A DNA stretch of 64,000 nucleotides from Octopus vulgaris (lineage: Eukaryota). Numbering within the stretch: position 1 is the first letter of the stretch; each line of letters opens with the position of its first letter. The position numbers were made by a program, and so were the translations under genes. Below are positions 25,508 through 36,572 of the stretch, one piece after another. The notes under the pieces are model-generated. The model made no database searches and was not told the DNA's origin. It worked only from the letters and a program-made list of their open reading frames with translations. The DNA lies in assembly GCA_951406725.2 (NCBI GenBank), contig OX597814.1, forward strand, positions 139,500,001 to 139,564,000. The letters run 5' to 3'.

Positions 25508-27126
25508 GTTGCAGCTAAAACAATTTACAATGCCATTCGCAAAAAAGACTGTCCTGAAATAAACTTAGAAAATCCTTCTCTTATGGAATACATTCATAAA
25601 TACCAACTCAAGGAATACTGGTAGACTATTCCCATCAAAACATCTGTCAAATGTAAGCATAACAGGCTAGATATTGTTGTTTGGGCCAGAGGGGCAAAGG
25701 TATGTACCATCATAGAGGCCAGCTGCCCTGCAGATATAAATATCTCTTTGAAAATCAAAGAAAAAGAGGATATCTATGGACAGCTTCTTTGAAACCACCA
25801 GTCTTGTTAGTAAATGCTTAAAGGAAAATCTAGATAAACTGGGACTTTCAGAAAGAGAAATCGACCAGCTAATTAGTACAAGTGCAATCTGTGAGTGGAA
25901 CAGTAAAAATATGCAAGACTTTTCTCAGGTTCCAAGTGTGAATTTGTCTGTGTTAACTACATCCCAAAGATGGAGCCTTGTATGGAAACTGCCTCCCTCC
26001 TTAGTGGAAGATTTATGATAATAAAAAAATAGAAGAGACATACATGCATGCATACATACATACATACATATGTACGTACGTACATGCATACATACATACA
26101 TACATACATACATACATACATACATACATACATTGGCGGCGAGTTGGCAGAATCGTTAGCACGCCGGGCGAAATGCTTAGCGGTATTTCGTCTGCCGCTA
26201 CGTTCTGAGTTCAAATTCCACTGAGGTCGACTTTGCCTTTCATCCTTTTGGGGTCGATTAAATAAGTACCAGTTATGCACTGGGGTCGATATAATCGACT
26301 TTAATCCCTTTGTCTATCCTTGTTTGTCCCGTCTATGTTTAGCCTCTTATGGGCAATAAAGAAATAATACATACATACATACATACATACATACATACAT
26401 ACATACATACATACATTCCCATCAAAACTTATGTCAAATGTAGGCAAACAGACAGGATATTGTTGCTTGGGACAAACAAGAAATGTATGCACTGTCATAG
26501 AGGTCAGCTACCCTTGCCGATGTGAATATCTCTTTGAAAGTCAAAGAAAATGAGAATAATTATTGGATAGTTGCTTCTGTATCTAGATTATATAGTCACA
26601 TTATACCAATTATTACTGATGCATTTGGATAAGCTAGTATTTTCAGAAATAGAAATCAACCAGTTAATTCATGCACTGCTAAGACAATTTGTAAGTGGAA
26701 CAGTTATAATATGTAAGAATTTTCTCAAATTTGAAATGCAAAATTGATTTTGTTATCTAGATTCCAATGATGGAATTTAGTATCACTGTTACAAACCAGC
26801 TCCTTCTTAACAGGAAGACTTCAAATAATTAAAACAAGACAACATAAATACATACAGCAGATGGCAATATAATTTTAAAGATTTGTCAAAAAGAAAATAT
26901 TTATGCTGGACTGGTGAGAAATGTGCAGTTATTGAACCCAGACTATAATTTTAGATTTCTATCAATAGTTATTGGAACAACCAGGTATGTGACTAACTGC
27001 CTCCAGAACAATCTTTAGAAGCTAGATTTCACAAAATCAGAAAGAACATGCTTGATCAGATTACAGCCTCAAGTTATCAAAGGCACTGTCAAAATATGTA
27101 AAACATTCATGAAGTTCAGTATTTAA
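25508..27126 (+). mobile_element. Three tandem 3' fragments of R4/Dong-like non-LTR retrotransposons (restriction-like endonuclease region)
   Basis: Copy 1 (25508-26040) KEYW*TIPIKTSVKCKHNRLDIVVW..CTIIEASCPAD; copy 2 (26415-26845) homologous in DNA; copy 3 (26860-27126) ..FLSIVIGTTRYV..GTVKICKTFMKFSI*. Confidence 0.78.
26135..26366 (+). mobile_element. SINE family B, full-length CpG-rich copy inside (TACA)n
   Basis: GGCGGCGAGTTGGCAGAATCGTTAGC head to AATAAAGAAATA tail, (TACA)n on both sides. Confidence 0.9.
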
Positions 27127-27169
27127 TAAGATCCATCTATTTAATGCCATTCATGCCTGTGCACATGTC

Positions 27170-27338
27170 GTTATGTGCATTTGTATATGTACATGTATGC
27201 ATATATGTATGTATACATATATACACATGCATGCATATATATGCTTGCATACATATGCACACACATACATACATAAATGCATTCATACATACATGCATAC
27301 ATAATGTACATAAATGCATACATACATACATACATACA

Positions 27339-27372
<34 letters not shown>

Positions 27373-27633
27373 CATACATAAATAAATGCTTACATACAGA
27401 CATGTATACATACATAAGTGCATACATGCATACATACATTGATACAGGCATAAATGTTAAATGTTTGCATACCTGCATACATATATACACACATGCATTC
27501 ATCCATCCACCCATCCATCCAGCCATACATAAATACATACATACAAACATACATACATATATATGAACATACATACATGCATGCATACATACATAAATGC
27601 ATACATACATACATACATACATACATACATACA

Positions 27634-27666
<33 letters not shown>

Positions 27667-27918
27667 TTCTACATATAAGACTAGCATGTTGATGCTGTCT
27701 ATATTTTAATGGAAGATTCATGTTTTTAGGCTAGAAACCAGCTCTTTACTCATTGGTGAGAAATTTGAAAAATAAAAACCAAGAAAACTTACACACACAC
27801 ACACATGCACATTCACACATACATACAAATATGTATACATGTATGTATGTGCATACATACATACATACATGCATCCCAGTATATTTCATTGAACCAATGT
27901 GTATGCTGCATGTGTGTG

Positions 27919-27952
<34 letters not shown>

Positions 27953-28020
27953 TGTATGTATGTATGTATGTATGTATGTATGTATGTACGCATGCATATA
28001 TGTATATATGTATGTATAAT
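27170..28020. repeat. Compound (TACA)n/(TATG)n microsatellite field
   Basis: Degenerate tetranucleotide repeats; source of the MYVC/HTYI pseudo-ORFs. Similar fields at 23156-23620, 40595-41030, 42745-42855, 43875-44056, 47520-47800, 48190-48535 and 58620-58775. Confidence 0.95.
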
Positions 28021-31000
28021 TCAGTAGGTAAATAATATATCTGTTGTGAATTATGAGAAACTATTGTATTTTCATGGAGTTATACAATGGTGCATACTTT
28101 TAAGACATTCATTCCATAAATATCTTCTTTTAAAGAAAATTTAATTCATTATATCACTTCTTGTATGAATATCCAGTAATTCTGGTGTTTTCAACCAGAC
28201 CAAGATTGATGAATTTCATTTTTGTTCAGTAATAAAAAGCTTTCTATTGTTGTAAGCAATGGATTGAATTATTTTTGTAAAATTAAGAAAAATACTTCTT
28301 GGAAACATATTTCAATGAGTCTAGATTTTTTTTAAATCTTAGGAGCAGGCATTTCTGGATGGTAAGAAGCTTGCTTCTCAACAACATGGTTCTGGGTTCA
28401 ATCCCATTGTATAGCATGATGGGCAAGTGTCTTCTACTATCGCCTCAGGCTAACCAAACCCTTGTGAGTGAATTTGGTAGACAGAAACTGAAGGAAGATC
28501 ATCGTATGTGTGTGTGTGTGTGTTTGTCTCCCACTACTGCTTGACAACCAATGTTGGTGTGTTTATGTCCCTGAACTTACTGCGTTGGCAACAGAGACCA
28601 ATAGAATTTGTACAAGGTTTAAAAAAAAACAAGTGCTGGGGCTGATCCATTCAAATAAATTTTTTCAAGGCTGTGCCCCAGCATGGCCACAGTCTAATGA
28701 ATGAAACGTAAAAATATGAACAATATAAAGATATATACTTTTAGTAAGGAGAGGAGCAACATATGGGACCTTTCAGAACAATATTTTTTTCTTTTACTTG
28801 TTTCAGTCAATTGACTGTGGCCATGCTGGAGCACCACCTTTTAATCAAAGAAATCCACCACTGGACTTATTCTTTGTAAGCCTGGTGGTGGTGGGAATAA
28901 TGATGATGATGATGATGATGGCGATTATCTACTTAGAAATATGACATTGAAAGCTAAAAGGGGTGATATACAAACTTGATGACAGAAACAAAAGCATAGG
29001 CTTTAAAGATAGGATAAACATCAATAACCTGTGGAACAGGCATCAATAAAACTAAAACTGTGAAGACCAGCAAGTGAAGGGATGAAAAGTGTCATTGAAT
29101 ACGTATATATCAGATGTACCAAATGGTTTGAATATCTTGGAATTCATAAGAAGTGACAAGTCTTTAGAAAATGAATTTAAAAGCTTTAAGAAAACAAATG
29201 AAACAGACTGAAATGCTTTATATGACCAACGTTTTTCTGTTACCAAGCAAAGCAGTATTTCCCCATGGTTAGATATGTTTTTGCAGAATATTGGAAGCAT
29301 GTGGCCTACAGGTTAGAGTGTTGGAATCATGATCCTAAGATTGTGGTTCCAGTTTCTGGACTGGGTGACATGTGTTCTTTTGTGAAAAACCTTTCATTTC
29401 GTGTTGCACCAGTTCACTCAGCTAGTAAAAATGAGGAATCCTGTGACAGTCTGGCATCCCAAACAGGGAGTAAATGTATACACTCCATGGAAACCAGGAA
29501 ACGGATCCTTATGAATCCATAACTACACCCTATGAATCCACAAGGCTCGAGAAGAGTGCTTTATTATTATTGTCCAAGCCATGCCAGCATGGAAAACAGA
29601 TATTAAATGATGATGAGGAAGAGTGGGAATGAATGACACTGCTTGTATGACAGTGACACTCATTTACAATTATCACATGCTGTTAAGACAGGGAGATACA
29701 ACATACTCACACACACACACATGCACACACACACTCACACTCACATACACACATGCTCATGCACATACACATACAACAGGATCCTTTCAGTTTTCAGCTA
29801 CCAAATAAACCCACTCACAAGGCTTTGGTCAGCCTCAGGCTACACAATGAAACTGGACCCCAAATTATGTGGTTGGGAAGCACACTTCTTAACCACACAG
29901 TCACACCTCTCCCCACAGTACAAGGTAACAAAAGGGTCAATATATAGAAGAGAGTCATGGTATATTAACAGAACTATACTTAATAATCTTAGATTGTTGG
30001 GTGACCTGCTGTGCTTGAGGAGACCTATTGAGTCAAGTACATCAACATCAAAATAAAATATCAAATGGAAATTATAGTTGTGATACCTGTGCTGGTGGCA
30101 TATAAAAAGTACCATCCGAACATGACCAATGCCTGTTCCGCCTTGACTGGCTTCCATGCCACTGGCATGTAAAAAGCACCAACTGATCGTGGCCGTTGCC
30201 AGCCTCCTCTGGCCCCTGTGCCGCTGGCACGTAAAAAGCACCCACTACACTCACGGAGTGGTTGGCGTTAGGAAGGGCATCCAGCTATAGAAGCACTGTC
30301 AGAATAGACTGGAGCCTGGCACAACCTCCTGGTTTCCCAGACCCCAGTCAAACTGTCCAACCCATGCTAGCATGGAAACCGGACGTTAAACGATGATGAT
30401 GATGATGATGATGATGATGGACCTTTTGAAATCTTACAACCTTTGAAATCTTAGTCTTGGAGACCAGATGGCATGATTTTAGTGATAAATGAAATGGTTT
30501 GAGATACAATGAATGTAGTCTATTTAAAAAAAAAAAAAGAATCTTTTCTGCTATAGGCACAAGGCCTGAAATTTATGGGAGAGGGATAGTCAGTTAAATC
30601 GACCCCAGTGCAGAACTGGTACTGAAAGGATGAATGGCAAAGTTGGCTTCATTTGAATTTGAACATGAGGACGAATGAAATGTTGCTAAGCATTTTGCCT
30701 GGTGTGCTAACAAATCTGTCAGCTTGTTTCCCTTATAGATAAAGGAATAATGAAAAGTGGGAGTAAGTGATTGGACGCTGGGCTTCAGTCTCAACTTGAA
30801 GACTGGCTAATTCATCAAACAGAAGAACAGACAGCCCAAGGTAATAGAAGAAGGAAAAAGCCTTGACCAACTTGCTTAAGGATGATGAAGAGGGAAAGGG
30901 GAGATCACAACTGGGGAGAGACTGAAACTGATGTACACAATCACCAAGGCTGGTGAGAATATGAATCAAATGGCACTGGTGGTATGACAAACTGTAGCCT

Positions 31001-31833
31001 AAACCATGTCAGTATGAAAATGATGGTGGTGGTGGTGGTATTGATGAAGATGAATAGGAGGAGGATAAATCACTGATGATGATGATGGTGGGGTGAGGAG
31101 GAGGAGGAGAGCAATGATAATGGCAACAATGATGACGACAGTGATGATGACAATATCAGTGATGGTAACAATGATTATGATGACAATGGTGATGACAATC
31201 ACAATCATGGCAACAACATTAAGTCCATATTTTGTTTGGGGATGGATGCAGAGGCAGAATTGTTCCTGAGCTTAGCAGCATTTCTTCCGATTTTAAGTTC
31301 CAAGTCCAAATGCCACCAGAGTCATCTTTGCCTTTCATCTCTTTGAGATTAATACCAGTTGTGCACTGGGGCCAATATAATTGACTTGCCCTCCCCCATA
31401 ATTGTTGGCTTTGTGCCAAAATTTGAGACCAATATTTTGTTTGGGGTAAGTGCAGCAAGTGGGTCCCAGCATTTTGAAGTGAAATGTTTAGGAGGAAATC
31501 TACAAAATAAGGCACTTTAACCTTTTGGTATTCAGATTACTCTGTCAAATGTAATACCTATTTATTCACATTTTATAAAATTAATTCTGTATTATCTTGT
31601 AGCTTTGATATTTTGAAGATATGATTGTTTATTTTTAGAATGACATTGCAGGGCAGGTGTGAGAGGCCTGATCTGGTCAGTTTTAGCATAAAACAGATAG
31701 AACATTTGGGCCAGATATGGCCAGTTTTAAATGCTAAAGAGTTAATAGGGGAAGGCAGACCATTTTTGAATACTTCCATAGCAAATGCTGTTTGTGGAAA
31801 CTAATTATGTCTTTATGATTCAGGAACCTTAAG

Positions 31834-32141
31834 CAGGGGTTTTTAACCATTTTTTACTTGTAGACCTCTTTAATTCCTATTTTACTCAGGTGGACCCCCA
31901 TAGCCATTTAATGCTTAAAAAATCCTATTGCATCTTTTTTTTTATAATTAAATATTATTAGGAAGTGCACAAAAAAAATTAACATAGGTGCAGGAGTGGC
32001 TGTGTGGTAAGTAGCTTGCTTACCAACCACATGGTTCCAGGTTCAGTCCCACTGCATGGCACCTTGGGCAAGTGTCTTCTACTATAGCATCAGGCCAACC
32101 AAAGCCTTGTGAGTGGTAGATGGAAACTAATAGAAGCTGGT

Positions 32142-32198
<57 letters not shown>

Positions 32199-33092
32199 AT
32201 ATACATACATATATAAATAGATGTGTGTATTTTTCCTTTGTTAACAATTAGCACAGAAAAAATAGATAAATAGTTACCAGGGTAGCAAAAAATCACACAA
32301 GTAAAGAGGTTGTAACTCCTTGTTTTTAAAGGTGGAAACTTCGGGTTTACATGAAATTTTTTTGTATAATATATAAATAAATGAATGGAGTTTAACACAG
32401 GTATAATTCAAATACTTTTACTTCTGACACATGTTTCGAAGATATCACTGATATTATTCCAAAGGAATAAAATGGTGTAAAACAATGTAATCTTCTCTTC
32501 AGGGAAGTGAAGAAATGAAACTTGTCAATAAGACATTTTAACAGATGGTTACATTGTTTTACACCATTTTATTCCTTTGGAATAATATCAGTGATATCTT
32601 CGAAACATGTGTCGAAGTAAAAGTATTTGAATTATACCTGTGTTAAACTCCATTTATTTATTATATAAATACATACATACATACATATAGATATACATAT
32701 GTATATATATATATATATATATATACATATGTATATATATATATATACATACATACGTATGTATGTATGTATGTATATGCTTGTGCGTCTGTGTTTGTCC
32801 CCACCAACCATCGCATGACAACCAATATCGGTGTGCTTATGTTCCCGTAACTAGCGGTTCAGTAAAAGAGGCTGATAGAATAAGTTCTAGGCTTACAAAG
32901 AATAAGTCCTGGGGTCAATTTGTTCAACTAAAGGCAGTGTTCCAGCATGGCTGCTGTCAAATGTCTGAAACAAATAAAAGAATAAAAGAATATTTTATGT
33001 ATTCTAGAAATATAACCAATTTATTGCACATAAATTTTAACAACAAAATCTTATACGAACCCCCGAGTGACAGAAGTTCCAATGAAGAACTC
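31834..33092. mobile_element. hAT-type MITE interrupted by a family A SINE (31987-32988), itself interrupted by a hammerhead/inverted-repeat cassette
   Basis: Halves 31834-31986 and 32989-33092 match the 19505-20188 MITE. The SINE 5' and 3' halves are separated by about 500 bp of foreign sequence. Confidence 0.8.
32420..32508 (-). ncRNA. Minimal hammerhead ribozyme motif with long stem II
   Basis: Minus strand ACTTCC-CTGAAGA-GAAGAT..ATCTTC-GAAA-CATGTG-TC-AGAAGT. Intact core, 6-bp stem II base, GUC site, one C-A mismatch at the first stem I pair. Confidence 0.7.
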
Positions 33093-33846
33093 AAGAAAAG
33101 GCTTATAAATTTAGATTATAGGCAATTCAGTTTGGCTTTTCTTTAAATATTCCAGAATAACAAAATAGTGATAACTATAACCTAAGGTCACATTGAAACA
33201 CTTGCCTAAGTTACCATATCATAGTATTAATCCTAGAACCATGTAATTTCAAAGCAAACTCATAACCATGTTTGTGTTTATAATTAACCATAGTTATTCA
33301 GCTCAGTTGTGTTAGCTGAGCAACGAGCCAAGCTATTGAATCAATAGTTCAATAACAGTTCAATATTTGAACCACTAAGAAATTTTGTCTTATAACAGTA
33401 AACAAAAAACAAAAAAAAATGGTCTGAATTATTTAAAGATCTAAGAAGATTAAATAAAATTCCAGTCTGAACAGAACTTTTGCAGACTCATTAATTTGTC
33501 ATAGTGGAGACTGTTTGTGTTTGATCAGATAGCCATAAAGATATTTGTTGTTTTGTTGGGGCTTTTTTTATCCAATATTATGAACTATGATACCTGATAG
33601 CAATTAACAATTAAAACAAAATCAAGACTAAAATACACGTCTCATTATTTTAAAGAATTATAGAAAAATGTTCTCTAACGAAAACTGGTGATGGAAATAA
33701 TAGTTGTACTACTTTCAAAACATACAAGTTGGCTAAGTCAAAGATACAATGTATTTCACAAGAATATAATAAATTTTTGCATTAGGTTTTTAAGAATTCA
33801 AAGCTCAATAAATGTCATTTTCATAAATTCATGTACTCATGCTCTA

Positions 33847-33889
<43 letters not shown>

Positions 33890-34220
33890 GACCTCTTCAG
33901 CAACTCTCTATCCCATGTGTCTCTTCTAGTTCTGCTTATTCCATTTTGTCAATATATATATAAAGAATATGAGGGGTTTAGTTCGCTGGTGATCTAACCA
34001 CATAGGTATGCTGTGTAAGTGGTATAATTGGTAATCTATTAGGTTCCAAGTTTACAGCTGAGGCTGGAGCTAGGGATCCATAGTGGGCTTCCAAGTTAGC
34101 CAGTATATATTACAGGATAAAGGACAACACAAACCAAGGCAGGATGAGTATCTCAAGTCATTTAGAATATTTAATAAGAGTAAGATAAATTTGAGGTAAT
34201 TAATTAATTACTTATTGGAT

Positions 34221-34296
34221 GTCTTACAGCTGTTTCTGGGATATCCCAAGTAATAGGTTAGCATCTCCATACACAGGGTATTCCATCATCAGAGAC
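34221..34296 (-). ncRNA. Minimal hammerhead ribozyme motif, same family as 4351-4398
   Basis: Minus strand GTCT-CTGATGA-TGGAATACCC..GGGATATCCCA-GAAA-CAGCTG-TA-AGAC. Stem I and stem III identical to the 4351 copy; stem II longer. Confidence 0.8.
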
Positions 34297-34925
34297 AAGT
34301 TGAGTATGTATGAAAGTTATTGACAGGAAATTCATAAAACAGTAGATAGAGGAATAAAGAGTAAAACAGTAGATAGAAGACTACAGACAGGAGAATAAAA
34401 TTCACGGCTCATCTTCTTCCAGAGGGTATTTAGGTTGGTCTGTACTTCCATGACATTATAGGTCCTTAAGTATAATCCCGGGTAAATCCAAGCAGTATTT
34501 TGGCAGTATTTTGAATGTTGCATTCATGCTGAAAGAATAGATCAAGTGGTTAGCTTGTATGAAAATGGTCCACGTGGGTATATTCACTCATTCACAACCC
34601 ATATCTGTCTTTCATGATGTCGTCTTTCTCACTCTCATGTAAAAGAATAGTTGGTGTTAGGAAGGACATCCAGCTGTAGCAAACCATGCTAAATCATACT
34701 GGAGTCTGGTGCAGCTGCCCAGCTTGTCAGCTCTGGTCAAGCCATCCAACCCATGCCAGCATGGACAATGGACATTAAATGATGATGATGATATGGTTGG
34801 TGTTAGGAAGAGCTTCCAGTTGTAAAAATCCTGCCAAAACAGTCGCAGAAGTCTGGTGCAGGCTTAGGCCTAGCCGGTTCTTGTTTTACCATCCCACCCA
34901 TGCTAGCATGGAACACAGACGTTAA

Positions 34926-34975
<50 letters not shown>

Positions 34976-35869
34976 ATATATATATATATACATATATTCA
35001 ACATGTTGGACCACTGAATTCTACAAATTGTTTCCATTCTCTCTCTATTTATTTTCTCTTATTCCTTTCTTTTGAAGAGTGTAAGCTCGAAATATATAAG
35101 ACTTTTTTATTTTTCCTGAACATCAAACTAATACACTTGCTTGTTGTTCATGCACCTATCTTCATATTTTGTTTTTCTATACATTTCAACTATATATATA
35201 TATGTGTGTGTGTGTATGTATATATTATATATTGTATAAAAAATTGTGGGTAAGGCCAAAACAATGTGAAGTAAATGCAAAGTAAATCACAAGGAAACAA
35301 ATATGTAAATTAATGTAGACTTACTGGCAACATTTATCAATTTCTTGAAAATGGGGTCATAACCTCGCAATATTGAATACAAGGTAAGTCTACATTGATT
35401 CACATATTTACTTTCTTGTGATTTACCTTGCATTTACTCCGCATTGTTTTGGCCTTACATATGATCCTTTATACAATATATTCTACACAATGCTTCATAG
35501 TAATTATATACACACACACACACATACATACATGCATTCATATATATAAGCGTATATGTAAATACATATGTGTGTGCGTGTGTATAGGCATATACAATGG
35601 GCTTCATACTGTTTCTGTTGACCAAATTCACTCTCAAGGCTTTGGTCAGTTTGAGGCTATAGTAAAAGACACTTGCCCAAAGTGTCATGCAGTGGGACTG
35701 AACCTGAAATGATGTGGTCGCAAAGCAAGCTTCTTAACCACACAGCTCTTACCTTATACAAAAGTTGAGAGGTCAAAGCTTAAGGATTGATTCTTTGCAT
35801 AAGTCCATTCTCTCACTCCCTACCCCCGCCATCTCTCTCCTTTCTGTTTGCCATTTGTAAAAAGCCTAA

Positions 35870-36270
35870 AGGCGGTGAGCTGGCAGAAACATTAGCACGC
35901 CGGGTGAAATGCTTAGCGGTATTTCGTCTGCCGCTACATTCTGAGTTCAAATTCTGCCGAAGTCAGCTTTGCTTTTCATCCTTTTGGGGTCGATAAATTA
36001 AGTACCAGTTGCGTACTGGGGTCGATATTATCGACTTAATCCGTTTGTCTGTCCTTGTTTGTCCCCTCTGTGTTTAGCCCCTTGTGGGTAGTAAAAAAAT
36101 AGGTATTTAGCCCATCGCTACGTTCTGAGTTCAAATTCCACCGAAGTCGACTTTGCCTTTTATCTTTTCAGAGTCAATGAAATAAGTACCAGTTTCGCAC
36201 TGGTGTCAATATAATCAACTAGCCCCCATCCCCCAAAAGTTTCAAGGACTTGTACCGAGAGTAGAAATAA
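35870..36270 (+). mobile_element. SINE family B tandem (full copy plus 5'-truncated copy)
   Basis: Full copy to about 36100, followed at once by a copy starting at ggtatttagcccatcgctacgttctgag with a different tail. Confidence 0.85.
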
Positions 36271-36425
36271 TTACGTAAAAAGCCTTACAACACACCAGTG
36301 ATGTCATCATGATCTGATGCTTGAGTAAATTAAAGATAATAGAAATGTAAATGCTGACTCAATGGGAATATAAACCTTCTCCAGAACTGAAGTTGATCTG
36401 TGTTAACAATAGTGGGCGGGTATAT

Positions 36426-36474
<49 letters not shown>

Positions 36475-36482
36475 TATATATA

Positions 36483-36514
<32 letters not shown>

Positions 36515-36518
36515 ATAC

Positions 36519-36572
<54 letters not shown>

